Shown here: piece after piece, positions 1-13,794 of the stretch
Position numbering within the stretch: the first letter of the stretch is position 1
How the letters are laid out: each line of letters opens with the position of its first letter
Assembly: GCA_002633005.1 (NCBI GenBank)
Contig: NMRA01000001.1
Span: forward strand, 314,625-378,624
Source: Phoronis australis
Lineage: Eukaryota > Animalia > Phoronida
DNA length: 64,000 nt
Direction: 5' to 3'
Program-made: the position numbers and the translations under genes
The notes under the pieces: generated by a model
The model's input: the letters and a program-made list of their open reading frames with translations, nothing else
What the model was told of the DNA's origin: nothing
The model's database searches: none

Positions 1-1520
1 GTTCGCAGTCTACAGGTCGCAATTTTCGTCCGATTTTCACGAAATTTGCACACAACGTGTAGATCAGAAAGTCCTAGAAGCCTATTGTTTTTGGTCATGA
101 TCTGATACAAAATGGCAGACGTGGTGGCCATTTTGTATCCGATTTCACAGTCAAATAATCATAGAGGCCGCATTTTTCGACGTACATGGTTGAAAATCGG
201 TACGAATTCACTAGAACGCATGTGCTACAACTTTGCAGAAAATCGTTGACTTCCGGTTAAAGATGACGGAAATATTGGACATGGCGCATGCGCACCCCGA
301 AATATGGCTAAAAACGTTTTCTCCTGTAGGGGGCGCATTTGCAAACCAATCACTTTCAAACTGGTCACGTGTTTGTTGAGTTTAATAAACTTTTATAAAA
401 AATTATTGAACCTGAAGTCACTTTCAAGATGGCGGCTGTGGGGCATGTTCACACGGTTTCAATCGCTCTGGTGTCGCATTTTTAACGGGAAGAGTAAATG
501 ACGTGAATTTTTGCATGTGGATTCCTTGAAGTATGGCCTTTCAAAAAGTCTGCGAGAGCGTATTTCTCAGACTTACCGTTTTCGAGTTATTTGAATTTGA
601 ATTTCAAAAAACGGCAAATTTTCAATTTTCTCAAAAAAATTTTTGGATTTTTTTCAAACTACCACTTTAGATAGAGTTTTGAACAGGCTTTCAGAAGATA
701 TTTTCCATTTTGCGCTACAACGTCTGCTTTTTGACTTATTCGAGATTTTCGGATACCGTTGTTCCTTCATTTTGTTTGTTCGCACGATACAGGTCACAAT
801 TTTCATCCGATCATCATGAAATTTACGCATAACACGTAGTTCTGGAAGTACTGGAAGCATAATGTTTTTTGTCAAAATCAGATCCAAGATGGCGGTTGTG
901 GCGGCCATTTTGTTTTCATTTTAAGATTCAAAGGCTTCTAGAGGCTACAATTGTTTAAGTACACAGCTGAAAATCAGCACAATTAATGAACTGGATGTGC
1001 TCTATATCTATACCAGAAATTGTCCACTTCCGTTCAAAGATGGCGGAAATATTGGCACTCGTGCATGCGCACCTCAATTTCGGGAAAAAACATTTTCTCC
1101 TGTAGAGGGTGCATTGTAGGGCCAATTCCTTTGAATTTTTTCGGATATTAGTTTTTTATGACATGCTATTATAAAAAACGGAAGTTACTTTCAAGATGGC
1201 GGATCTGGCGCATGTTGACCCATTTTCAGTCGTGCTAGAGTGTAATTTTAAACGGGAAGAGAGAATGACGTGAATTTTTGCATGTGGATTCTTTGAAGTA
1301 TACCCTTTCAAATGACCTGTAACAATTTTTTCTTACACTTACCGTTTTCGAGTTATTTGACTTTGAATTTCTTTAAAAAATGCAAATTTTTTCAAAAAAT
1401 TTACGGAATTGTGTGATACTAAAAATTTAGGTAGAGTTTTGAATGGGCTTTTTTTCAGAAGATGTTTTCCATTTTTCACTAGGACGTCTACTTTTTGAGT
1501 TATTTGAGATTTTCTGATAG
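1..1520 (+). mobile_element. HINE-like element with large internal tandem repeats (about 780-bp period)
   Basis: 1-770 and 778-1520 are diverged copies, both starting GTTCGCA...TACAGGTC.CAATTTTC; same family as 4281-4570. Confidence 0.7.
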
Positions 1521-1904
1521 TGCTGTTCCTTTGTTGAGTGCTGTTGCTGCATTGATGTTGGTTTATCTTCTATTGAACAAGACTGTAGCCTATTTCTTAT
1601 TGATTTATGACATCTAAGTTCGTCATATAAATGTTATGATGTTGTTCATCATCGCCACCTTCATCATCACAATCATCATGGCCATTAATTTTGCCTATTG
1701 TCGCTCAAGACTGTAGGTAGCACTGAACAGTCAGGACGCGGCCACGGAGCATTTACTAGTCCCTAGTATTTATGTTGAGGGCGTGTGTCAGGTTTGGCGG
1801 GTGGTTTGAGGAAATTGATGACAAGTGCCAGGAAACTTATTTCCTTGTGTTTTTGAATGAAAAAAGCCTAGTTTTACCTACTTTTGATGCAAACTGCGAG
1901 TCAA

Positions 1905-2310
1905 GTGATGTCACTGAATATGATTAAGTAGCTGTCTCAGAATGATGTCATCGAACACTGTTTGTCAGCTGGCTGGAAATGACGTCTTCGGACACGGTAA
2001 ATCAACTGTCTGGGAGTGATGTCAGTCAGTGTTAACGGTTAAGCAACTGACGGTCTCGCAATGATGTCATCAGACACTTAGTCTGCTGTTTGGGAATGAG
2101 GTCATCGGACACTGTTAGTCAGTTGTCTGGAAACGATGTCATCAGACAGGGTTAATCAACTGTCTGGGAGTGATGTCAGTCATTGGACAATACAGCTGTC
2201 CAGGAGTGATATCATCGTACACTGTTAATCAGCTTTCTGGGAGTGACGTCATCGGACAGTGCTATTCAGCGGTCTGAAAGTGATGTCATTGGACACTGTT
2301 AGTCAGCTTT
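1905..2310. repeat. Diverged minisatellite, unit about 37 bp
   Basis: About 10 copies of TGATGTCATCGGACACTGTTAGTCAGCTGTCTGGGAG. Confidence 0.85.
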
Positions 2311-2418
2311 TGCTCTTATGAAAAATATTTCCAGTTAACAAAACTTGTCAAATATTATTGTATTTCTTAATGTTAACCTTGGTAATATACCTTTAAAGGC
2401 TGCATGTTTAATTTTTAG

Positions 2419-2498
2419 GTGGGCGTGGAGCTGGGCTGTCCTTTGAAGAGGAACTGAAAAAGAAGTTGGCGAGCCATTTTATCTATGAATCAACATAA
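2419..2498 (+). CDS. Possible terminal coding exon of a gene upstream of the window
   Basis: Acceptor TTTTTAG, then GRGAGLSFEEELKKKLASHFIYEST*, then long AT-rich UTR-like sequence. No upstream exon is visible. Confidence 0.3.
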
Positions 2499-3644
2499 AC
2501 ACCGAGAGCTCACAAGCAAATACAACCATAGCTCTATAACAAAGATTATTGTCCACCATGAGGTTCAGGGCTTGGAATATTCTCTTTTTTGTTGGCGGTC
2601 TCCTTTTATTTAAATTCCAGTTTCCTATTTTTGTATCTTTTTATCATTCTTTTGACTTTATTCATATAAAAACGTTTATTTTAGTTAAAATTTTACAGCA
2701 CTGACGAAAAAACATTTCTTTCACACAACCCTATTTATTTGCGGAGCAATAATTGACCTGGAAATTTTTCCTCTTTTTGTCATTGGTCATTCCAAGCCTC
2801 TGATGTTACAGTAAAGTGCCTTTATACTGTTTTGACTGCCTTCTGTCAAGGAAGCATGGAGGTAATTATATCAGTGTTGAATGATGGCTTAGATCATGTA
2901 CGGAGATCATATTTGTCAGAGCTCTGTCATGAAGGTTTAAGACTTTGACTGACAACTTATAGTGATATGTAAAATCTTGCCAATTCCGTAGAAGAATTTA
3001 TAAATTTACCTTTTAATTTTTCAAAGGTTCCTAATTATTTTGTTATGAGTTCCTACATTTTCTGTCCTGGTTATTTATTGTGCACAGAATAAGGTTGAAT
3101 ATATCCTGTATTTACAGTCATTGTGGTAAAAATAACAAATAATTCTTTTGTCACCCATTTAGAGTCCTAAACTGGTGAAAATTTGTCTTGTACACTTTGA
3201 TATCGTCTTGATCATTGAGTCTCTTTGGATTGTCTCCCTTGCAACTTGTGATGACTTGACCCTTGACCCCATCTGGCAATCACCCAGTAATGGGTGGTTG
3301 AATTCTCATGACACTCTTAGACACTGTGCTTAAGCAATGTTTTATAAAATGCTATTAGTAATTGTTTTTGAAATGCTGCATCTTTGCATAAGGAGCTATC
3401 AGAATGGGGCTTCCACGATTTTCTGTTCATGAAGGGACTCAAAAGTTTCATAAAATGAAAATAAATGTGTAATTTAAGAAGCTGTAACAGCATTTTTGAG
3501 ATTTCACCTTGAAAATTTAAATCAACAAAATTTGGTCTTCTTATTGATACCTTAATTTTTCTTTGTATGTACTTTTTGTTGCGTTATTTTACTAAAAAAC
3601 GTGGTCAAGAGACCTTAATATTGTCGGATTATCAAAAAGTCAAA

Positions 3645-5270
3645 AATTATAAACGCTTTCTATGTTTAGAAAGTGTATTTACTAGTGTTTCTGTTTCTGT
3701 GGTGATGTCAGAGGGTAGGCACCGGGATAGTCTCTGGTCCTCCTCTTTCCAGTATCGCACGCATTGTAAATTTGGAGATGCAACCAAGTTCGTGGTGGTT
3801 GCACACCCTTCGATCTTTTCCCCTGATACGAGTTTTTGGTGCATCTCCGTATTGCCATCCTCACTCTATGAGGCGCTTTGTTGCCCATCTCTCCTGCTCT
3901 TGTACAATCTCAGCATCTGTAAGCGATGTATCAAAACCAATTCAACAAAGAGATCTTAAGTTTGACTTAAGTGTTTGACAAGTTCTGTCTTAACTTTGAC
4001 TAAAGTACCCAACTGATACGGAAGTTTCAAAGTCTGGAAGTTAAGTCAAAAATGAACCTATTAAGTCAGTTTCTTGAAACAGGCCTCTGTTACCCCCAGC
4101 ACGTGTATGTGTGTGCTGTAAACTTTGTCCCTTAAATTTTGATTATTTTGTTTGTACAAAAGTTAACTTCTTTGATGGATATAATGTAACTAGTATACAT
4201 TGACTGCGTCTGTTTTGACAGTATGAAGGTTTTGTGATAATCCCTTGAAACATTCCAGGTAGTGCTTGGAGGGAACCTGAATTTTTACTTGGCGGAATTC
4301 TTTGAATTCCGTCAAGTATGTTGGTCTGACAGCAAGTTTTTTTTTTTTTGTTCGCACTCTACAGGTCGCAATTTTCATCTGATTTTCACAAAATTTGCAC
4401 ACAACGTTTAGATCGTAAAGTCCTAGAAGCCTATTGTTTTTGGTCATGATCGGATACAAAATGGCGGACGTGGCGGCCACTTTGTATCCGATTTCACAGT
4501 CAAATGCTCGTAGAAGTCGCATTTTTCGACGTACAAAGCTGAAAATCGATACGAATTTACTAGAACGCATAGACCCTATTCACGCCGACAGGAGGCGCGT
4601 TCCAAAACGAGGCTCGCTACGATAGCNAATTATAAAGGCTTTCTATGTTTAGAAAGTGTATTTACTTAGACTAAGTGTTTCTGTTTCTGTGGTGATGTCA
4701 GAGGGTAGGCACCGGGATAGTCTCTGGTCCTCCTCTTTCCAGTATCACACACATTGTAAATTTGGAGATGCAACCAAGTTCGTGCTGGTTGCACACCTTT
4801 CGATCTTTTCCCCTGATACAAGTTTTTGCTGCATCTCCGTATTGCCATCCTCTCTCTATGAGGCGCTTTGTTGCCCATCTCTCCTGCTCTTGTACAATCT
4901 CGGCATCTGTAAGTGATGTATCAAAACCAATTCAACAAACAGATCTTAAGTTTGACTTAAGTGTTTGACAAGTTCTGCCTTAACTTTGACTAAAGTACCC
5001 AACTGATACGGAAGTTTCAAAGTCTGGAAGTTAAGTCAAAAATGAACCTTTTAAGTCAGTTTCTTGAAACAGGCCTCTGTTTCCCCAGCACGTGTATGTG
5101 TGTGCTGTAAACTCTGTCCTTTAAATTTTGTTTGTACAAAAGTTAATTCTTTGATGGATATAATGTAACTAGTATACATTGACTGCGTCTGTTTTGACAG
5201 TATGAAAGTTTTGTGATAATCCCTTGAAACATTCCAGGTAGTGCTTGGAGGGAACCTGAATTTTTCTCTG
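3645..5270. other. Duplication of about 640 bp across an N (probable haplotype or assembly artefact)
   Basis: 3645-4285 is repeated at 4628-5265; the second copy starts immediately after N4627. Confidence 0.75.
4281..4570 (+). mobile_element. 5' end of a HINE-like element inserted in a T-run
   Basis: TTTTTACTTGGCGGAATTC-TTT-GAATTCCGTCAAGTA hairpin followed by sequence homologous to 1-220. The matching site in the duplicate copy (about 5260) is empty. Confidence 0.7.
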
Positions 5271-6539
5271 TTTTGATGATTTGAGACTTGATGTCCAAAA
5301 ACAAGGTTGTGCTTATCTATATGTATGAAGGTCCTCATATTTTGTTCTGTGCTGCTCAATTACTATGAAACCGTCCGTGGGAGTTAGGGTCCCATGTATC
5401 AAGACCCATTGTTGAATAGCGCCATCTGGTGTGGCTAATATATATAGTGCTTAATTTTGATGACTTCCATCTTAAATGTGTTGTGATTTTACTTTTTATG
5501 CAGATTTGAAATTGACGTTGTGGTTAATTATAAGGTCAGTGGTAATTGGAAAACATATTTTGTAGAATTTTAAGAATCTTTAAGCATATACTTGATAATT
5601 AATAATTTTATTTATACAAGTCAATATATAAGTTGTGTGCTTTAAATTCCCATGATATACTTTATAAAGCATTATTTTATTCTTACAATAAAATGATATT
5701 GTATTATTTTGATTATTTATTCTGACTTTGATTTTAACTAGAAATTTAGCATTTAGAAATATATAACAATGCTTACATCTTTGTTTTAATTTCCTATTCT
5801 GCTGTGAGTCGTTGCCTGGAACAGAGACACAGGTGTTGTTTTCAAGTTAGCGTTTCAATGATTTATGGTTTATGGCATACTATAGAGAACCTAGTAACTT
5901 ATCACTTTGCTTGAGTAATTTGTCCAAGAAATTACTGTAAAGGTACCTTCCTCAAGTGAGTGAAGTACAGTCAACCTGGGTGAATGGTATCGGTTATGCA
6001 AGGTACTTCAGGTAAATAAAAATGTTTCTTTTTTTCAATGCAACTCTCTTTAGTGCTGTTCGATCATCACCGTTGTTGAACATTTTTTTTTTTTTGTTTT
6101 TTTAGGGTTTTGAATGGTTTTGAGTTCAAACGGTGGTTAACTCATAGCAGAATACTAAACCCTGTTTTGTTGATTTCAACCAGTCCTGGTTCTGTCACCT
6201 GCTAATGCATCATTGGCGTCAGTCTTGAACGATAAAAGCAGGAATCAACTAAACACTAACACTCCCTTATTTCCCAAATTGGACATTCTGGTCCTTGGTG
6301 AGTTGTCTTTTAAACAGTTGCCATTTAATTCTCTAAAAGCTCTGGCCTCCAAAATGCATACGTAATAATAATCCAAAGAAAAAATAACTGAGCAGCACAA
6401 ACAGAATGTTAATTTTGTTAATGAGTGCTCGTTTTTCATAGGTTATGCATAGAAACTAGAGCGGGTTTAAAACCCATATTCCAAATGCAAGACCGACTGC
6501 AGGTCACATTTGATTTAGGCCAGAACAGAAGCACGAACT

Positions 6540-7290
6540 TTAAATTAGCGCGTAAGTAAATAACGACATATTTATCCAATCCATCGTTTCGGTTTATTTC
6601 ATTAAACCATTCTCAAGGTAACAGTTACAAACACAAAACAAGCGACACAGGTAGAGAAGAGACTACAGGTACACATCAAAATGCTGGGGGAGAGACCACT
6701 AGAAAGCAAAACAGTTGGAGCTCAAATGAACCAATGTTTCTATTGAGGTAGCACTCATCATGGTTCAACCGATTATGCATAGCCTCCTTTATGAGGAGCC
6801 TGAGGGTGACATTATCCTTGTCTAAGATCTGAACACAAGAGCAATCTACAGTGTGACCAGTTGTCAAGGAATGATTGAGAACAGCACTGTGTGTGTCTTT
6901 ACAGTGTTCTTTTACTCTTATGCTAAGAATCCTGTTTGTCATTCCAATGTAAACCTGTTCACAGTCACTGCAGTTGAGTTTGTACACAACATGACTTGTT
7001 TGAGAAATACTCAACGGTGTTTTAAGTCTCGACAAAGACAAAAGTCTGTTTACAGATTTGAAGATAGTAACGAGTTGCAAACATGGAGCAATAGCTCCAA
7101 GTATTCTCTTGATCTGCCTCTCGACTACACAACTACTATTACCTAAATAGGGGATATTGAGAAATACTTTCTTCAATTCAGGCCCATGATAAACATCCGA
7201 AGGTGTCCTGGACGGATGTTTATCATGGGCCTGAACTGAAGAAAGTCTCTCAATATCCCCTATTTAGGTAATAGTAGTAGTGTAGTAGGG
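6540..7290 (-). mobile_element. 5'-truncated Penelope-like retroelement (GIY-YIG endonuclease) with fold-back 5' end
   Basis: ORF 6676-7176 contains VVYKLNCSDCEQVYIGMTNRILSIRVKEH and LLIKEAMH...LNRNIG. Inverted repeat about 7124-7199 / 7213-7287. Hammerhead-like motif at 6585-6617. Confidence 0.85.
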
Positions 7291-8105
7291 ATTGGCGCCG
7301 GGCGAGTTTATTATTCTGCGTTCTGTTTCAAAATGAATTATTCTCATGCTAACCAATGGTTATATGAAACTGAAACAATTTGTAATGTCTTGGGTGCTCG
7401 TGAGCAGTGCAAATATTTTGAGAAGCCAGCAATGAATAAACCACTGCGTTACCCGCTTTTGATGCCGGCAACAAAGGCACCGAGGCCACGTGAGCGCATG
7501 GTATATTCACTGTTTACTGACAGAAAGCTGTTGTTAAACAATTACTTGATTTTATATTCTATGGTCACATGTTAGGGGAATCTTTATTTAGAAATACATT
7601 TTTCAAATCATTGTTACTGTACAACCTTTGCCCTCACGGTCTGTAGAAGGGGAACCCGGCTTCGCGGTCCCCGACAAGTAAGTATTTTCACATAAATAAT
7701 TACGGGCACATTTATTTCTTTGGCTCACTATTATAGTCTTTTCGTGACTGGAGGTTTAGTTTCCAACTGAAGCTGGTTTATGTTCGTGCCAGTCCCGGAG
7801 GCCACGACGGGCCTGGCACGAACATAAACGCAAATCTAGGTTCTCCTGTCTGTATTTCACGGAAGAATACTTCGATTTTATCTCCGAACAGAATCCAAAC
7901 TCCCGTGCTACGGACCTTGGTAAATTGGCCTGCCGAACTAATTGTAGGCTTTGATTTGTCCAGTTAATCCGTAACAGCGAAATAAAACAACACGTTTTTA
8001 TAAGAACTCTGTGTATTTTTAAGGGTTTTACATCGAAGTTTGATGATTTATTGGTGTTAAACGATGAATTCAAGCGATAAGCTGACACCACTAACCTGTT
8101 GTGAA

Positions 8106-11100
8106 TAGTCCAGTCATTCTACGGATAACCCGGAAAAAATTGCAACCGAAGGTTTTATTGCATAAATCGTATCCTTTCACACCCCTTAGTGGGAAAAAAA
8201 AGTACCGGAATCAGAGTGGCGGAAGTTGGTTTTTCAAGAAAGCGGACAAAATGGCCGCCAGATTTTCTGATGCTCACTATAACTCAAGAGTGGAATGTGA
8301 TAGAGTAAAAATTCGAAAAGGTTTACCTATGTTTTGTTGGTCAACAAATACATTGGAAATGGTTTTGCATGGCTGTGGTGATACCGCACTCCGCCATTTT
8401 CCAAGATGGCCGCCAAATCTACTAATTGAGTCGCACAAATTTCGCACGAACAGATTTATAGTGTGTCGTCTTGCTTCAAACGTCGCATCATCGGTTTTCT
8501 GGGTCGACTAATCCACTTAGACTCTTTGCGTTTGGCTCTAATTATTACTTCCACCATTTCTGTCAAACATGGTTTAGGGATGTTTATAATCAATTATAAA
8601 ATCAATTACATTTATTNTTTTCATTACACCATATCTTATATGTCAATTGTCATTTCGTGTTTGATTTTACTTTATTTCTGTTTTTGTTGATAAAGGAAGT
8701 TGTTACCTCCGAAAATTTCAAATTTCAGTTGATCCATTCTTGTTGTTTAATTTACCGATTTATATTCTTCATTTCACGAAACAATAGTATCCTTGGGAGG
8801 ATCTGGATCGCCTTATTTAGTTTCAGATATATTTTCTACGTTTGGAACTTAACAGATGTATGTATCGTGTAGAACTCAGTTTGATTAAATATATCGAAGC
8901 ATTAAGACGCTCTCTATCAGCTCTCTGCTCAGCACATCGAGCCACCTCATCTAGTTAACCCGCTAATACCCCACATTTTGGATCCCACAATTTCTAAGAT
9001 GGCCACCAAATAGTTGCTTCGTGTAAGAACTTCCGATTCCAGAGACACGCCATATCCTGAGTTTTTTAGGTCAACACGTCCATTACGATAAATCTTGTCT
9101 GGCTCTTGATCATTACGGCTACCATTTTCAAGATGGTTTAACAAACAACTTATTTGGTTCAAAAACATCAGGTTTGCCTGGATTGAAGGATCATTCTCCT
9201 CCTGAAAAAATGTACTGTATTTAAAATAACTCTCTGCAATTAATTCAGTGATCTACTATCCACACTGTCTCTGTCACTTCCAGTTAGTTGTAAATGCTAG
9301 TGAATCTCTACACAATCAACCAGTATTTACACAACCAATCTCTGTCAACTGAGAATGAATTGCTGCAGCTAAAACCACGGCATTCTCCACATTCAACCGA
9401 GTACAGCAATCCTAACTTCTTGCAAGTACATCTCTTGGAACTGCAGTTGGTCTTACATGAGCATCTCACTACTTTCAGCAGACTCTCTGGTGCTGCTGAC
9501 TGGTCCGTCGTCGTGGGAATGAATTTTCCACGTGCCAGCATCCATCCCCAATACAGCGAGTCTAGGCCACTGCCACGGAAACTTGACCGATCTTGCTCTT
9601 GATAATATGTCCCGGCAGCATGGAATTTAGTGACTGAAGAAAGTTGGTGATAATGACTGTATTTGGACTGTGGCTAGTCTGATACCTCATCCACAAATCG
9701 CCTGTATCTCAAGTCATCCAAATTTCCAGAGCCAGTGCTGCCATGAAGCACAGATTCAACTCTTACCAGCTTCAAATATGTCTTGCTTCAGCAGCATGTG
9801 TCTAGTCAATACTCTTACTAGAGTTTTTGCAGAATTCTCGATCTTGCAGTTTCTTCAATGGGAGAGCCTTTGCTAATACCGAACAGCTGTAATGTTGTGT
9901 TGCAACCACCTATTGCATGCGCAAATGGCACAACTGCGCAAGTTTCGGCACCAAGAGGCAACTGTAGTTCCTTGATGTCCCAGACTCTCCTCTTGCTTTG
10001 CTGCCTCTTGTCAAGTTTCATGAACATTGGAATTTGTTGTGAAGTACCATGGTAACACAAAAGAACCAACAAGTCTGTATCGTCTGCAATAAGGGTAGTT
10101 GGACCTTGTGCTGCGTTCTCTAATGCTGTTTCTACAATTAAAACATGTGCGTCAACTTGAGCTTGCACCACTGTGCAACCATCATTTCCTAGCAAACTTG
10201 ACAAGAAGTGAATGAATCGTTTGTTTTTGCTCTTTGCCAAAAATGTTCCTTTTTTACTTGATCACCATGTCACAATTGAAGTGAACTTCAGTTCCAACCA
10301 CCCCACCCAGTTTTCGTACATGAGAGAAATCTTTAGTTGATGGTCCATCTCTGTAACCATCAAAAACAACAGTAGGCTGGTGTAATCCACATAAGCTCTA
10401 CCAAATGACTGAAACGTTGCAACTCTAGGCCATGGAATACGGTGAAGGAGAGAACCGGTTTCAATTACATGCATCACCGTGTTTTCTGGAAATTGAAATC
10501 CTCCTCCAGTAGTCCCCTATGGACCAGAGTGCATCAGCTCATATTGATTTATTAGTGATTCTGGGAAGACCAGATGTTCCAAAAAGAGCAGGGGAACCAA
10601 CACACAGTTCAAACTTCAAAAGGCGTGATCAACTGTCACTGTTGTCTTTTGCAGCTGTCAGGTAAAGTTACTATTAGCAGCATGAACTGATTGACTAGTC
10701 ATTGCCACAACCATGTCTTTCTTTCTGAATGTGAAGTCTTTCACACTTGATCCCTCCATAGACAAGTGAACCGCTTTCCCCACTTCTCTGGCATTTTCGG
10801 CACTGACGCATGTGCCTGCAGTCACACCAGTTTCGATGTTCTGTAATGTTTCTCTTTAAAATGGGTTACTGTTGTGGAGGAATTCAACAAGGCTGCGGAT
10901 GTCTTGCCTGGGTACATTCTTTATGCTGCTGACTTGTTTCACAACTCAAGTTTGTCACAGTATGCATGGCACCATTTATACTTGAGCATGCCGGCAAGGA
11001 AAGCAGCCATGGTGCACTCTGTGTATCTCCCATTTCGCAACCTCTAGTTAAACCTCCTGTTGTTTTAATACCTTTCATGAGGGTTTGTTCAATTACAAGA

Positions 11101-13324
11101 TCATATCTCATTATGACAAGCCTGCCCAATATCTGTCACTTTGTCTTTTTGTGTGTTGGCCATAGATATCTGGACGGGTGTCTTTGAGTTGCTAGGTCTG
11201 CTGCAAGTATATGTATGAGGATTTTGCATAAGAGTTGTGACCAGCAGCTGCAAAGTAAGGCAGCATTTCAGAAACTGCTTTTAAGTGAAGCTCCAATTCT
11301 GACGTTATTTCTGCTTTTAAAAAGTCGAAGGATGTCAGTCATCTTCATATACTGTAGGCAAAGATTAATGATTCGACTTTACAAAGACAAGTCTGATCTA
11401 TGTGCTTCCATTTTTATGGATACTCACAAGACACTCCGACGAGCATACATCGTCGCACACAGACGACATGCCAGCAATAAGATCATCATACCGCTTCAGA
11501 CCAGCTTTCAAATCATCATGAAGAATATCATTGGCCATTGATTCTTCTGACGAGCTATTCTCTGTCACTGCGAATTCTGAAGACCTATACTCCTGATTCA
11601 GCCGTGTTTGAATATACCAATGGCAGTAGGTCGGAAGCCAGAAGTGAACTCTCGTGGGGGCATTCCACTGTAATCCAAGGTTCAGAATCGGAAGACACTG
11701 GCTGGGCATGGCATGCCCCAGAGTACACATCTTTTTATGTGATCAGTTAGGATGTCTGGGATGTCTGAAGAATCTGTCTCCATATTCTGATGAGCCAAAA
11801 TTTGTCTACAAGCATTGAACTGCTCCACCTCTTGGCATGGAATCTGTTTGTTCTGTGTTGGTGACATTCCAGACTGCTGGATTTTCTGAGGAACCTGAAT
11901 TTCTTTCTTCATTGGTTTTGGATTGGCGTTTCCTGATCTGTCAATATTTGGAAGTGGGATGTTGAATGTTCTGGCTTTTATGATGGCATTCAGTGCTGAG
12001 TCTACCAACATATGCCCCCTCAGTGCTCTATCCACACTTTTTCCATTTAAAATAAGGATCACACTGTTTGATGCATGCACCGTCTCAAGAAGTTCTTGAA
12101 GCCATGTGCCAGACATTACGTATCCGATAGATCCCAGAAAGCTCATCTCAGTATGAAATCTTCCAAGCCTGGCTAAGAACAAGTGACTGCACATCACTGT
12201 CGTTTTGTTTGCTGGCACTAATTTTTTCTAAAATCAGTTACATATGTTTATAAAAAGCATGCATATTAAACAAATTGTGAGTCCTAACTATTAAAATTTA
12301 ATTAATAATTTTTTGTTACACAACCCTTTTTGTTTTTCATCAAATTCAGGCGAAATCAGCAGCCAAATTCTCAATACATGCCAGCAGCAGACGAAATCGA
12401 TGCTTGGGAACAACTCATAATACCTCCAATAGCAGAGAAAAGGCCACTTCCTGCCCAATTTTATTAAGGGTTTGTGTAATGAATAAGCCAATAACTCCAC
12501 CAGAATAACATATTTTTCTAACACATATTATTTTTGATACCTTAAATGAATATATTTTACAGAAAAATAATTGAGTTTGTGAAATTTATTATGAAAATTT
12601 AACTAAAGCCTTTTCTGAAAAACACACCAACTTTTATGTTATATAATCTAAGATGTGATTATAATTCCACATTTAGTATCTAAATCTTAAAAACAAATTA
12701 TAGAAACAATCCACTCATTAACCCTGACTGCAGATTGTAAAATGTTTTTGTGTAAATGCGTGTCAGGTTACAAACAAAGTTTGCAGAACGTAAATGGGGT
12801 AAATTGGGGTTCGTGAATTGGCAGCCATTTTGGCGGCCATTTTGTCAACCTTTTTGATTTTTTTCGCAAACCAGTGACCAACTGTAAGGTCCAGATATTT
12901 TCAATTGTCTAGCATACAAAAGAATAAAACTTTTGCCATTTTCAGGGCAAAATATTAAAAGAAATCTTGCAACATGTACCAAATTGCCGTTGCGGCCGCT
13001 TTTTTGTCGGCCATATTGGTTTTATTTTACGGAAAACTGGCATCTTTTGATTGGTATGCCTGTTATGAAAAGTATATAATCAATGACAAACTTAATTGTT
13101 TTATTTTTAGCTGTTACATAAGAGTAATATGCCAGAAAACAGTAAAAAGTAGTTTTGTCGGCCATTTTTTCCGCCGTCTAGAAAAACCGACTTCCGCCAC
13201 TCCGATTTCGGTAGATTTTTTTTCTGACACCAAGGGATGATTGAAGATGCCATTTATGCAAAAAAACCTTCTGTTGCAATTTTTTCTAGGTTGGGCCCTC
13301 TGGAGCCCTAGAATGACTGGACTA
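8106..13324 (-). mobile_element. Degenerate AcademX-type DNA transposon (transposase + XPG-like nuclease + Cys8 finger)
   Basis: Imperfect TIRs of about 150 bp, from TAGTCCAGTCATTCTA (8106) to TAGAATGACTGGACTA (13324). Frameshifted minus-strand fragments: RLGRFHTEMSFLGSIG...RALRGHMLVD, DLVIEQTLMKGIKTTGGLTRG, GSLLHRIPW, ADDTDLLVLL, HAIGGCNTT..LFGISKG (XPG/H3TH-like) and RCSCKTNCSSKRCTCKK...CGECRG..C. Confidence 0.85.
9308..12218 (-). pseudogene. Fragmented Academ transposase/XPG/Cys8 reading frame
   Basis: Collinear ORF fragments 11682-12218, 11398-11730, 10884-11129, 10262-10477, 9818-10240 and 9308-9541, separated by frameshifts and stops. Confidence 0.85.
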
Positions 13325-13794
13325 AAATTGCTGAACAGACTGCGTGTGAAACCTATTACGTCATTGGATAATTTCAACACCTCTGTCTGCCGTCAGGTGT
13401 CAGGTAACGCAACCGAACGTGCCGTTATCGAGAAGAGATACTCGATCTGAATTGATACAAAATGGGTTGTTTTTTGGGTGGCATGGTCCTTTAATTTCTC
13501 ATTGCCTTCACCTATGGTGAAGCCTTATTGACGTCAGGCGCGCGTTAGCCAATAAGAATGAACATTGGAAAAACATTTTTTACAAAAATACTAAAGTAAA
13601 ACAAAGATGTGATTTATGCCAATCTAAGGACTTCGTTCATAAACTAAATTACATTAAAAATCAGGTTTTTGTACTTCAAGAACCTGTTAATCATGGCCTG
13701 ATGAATGTTATAACGGTGACGTAGGTGTAAGGCTTAGCCTACCCATGCAGCTATGAGGGCTTTTGCATTTACCTTGGCGTTTGTCGTTCCTTAA

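Noticed and set aside
3567-3978. Overlapping ORFs repeated at 4656-4968
   Set aside because: They lie in repeat-derived sequence duplicated across an N and show no protein motifs.
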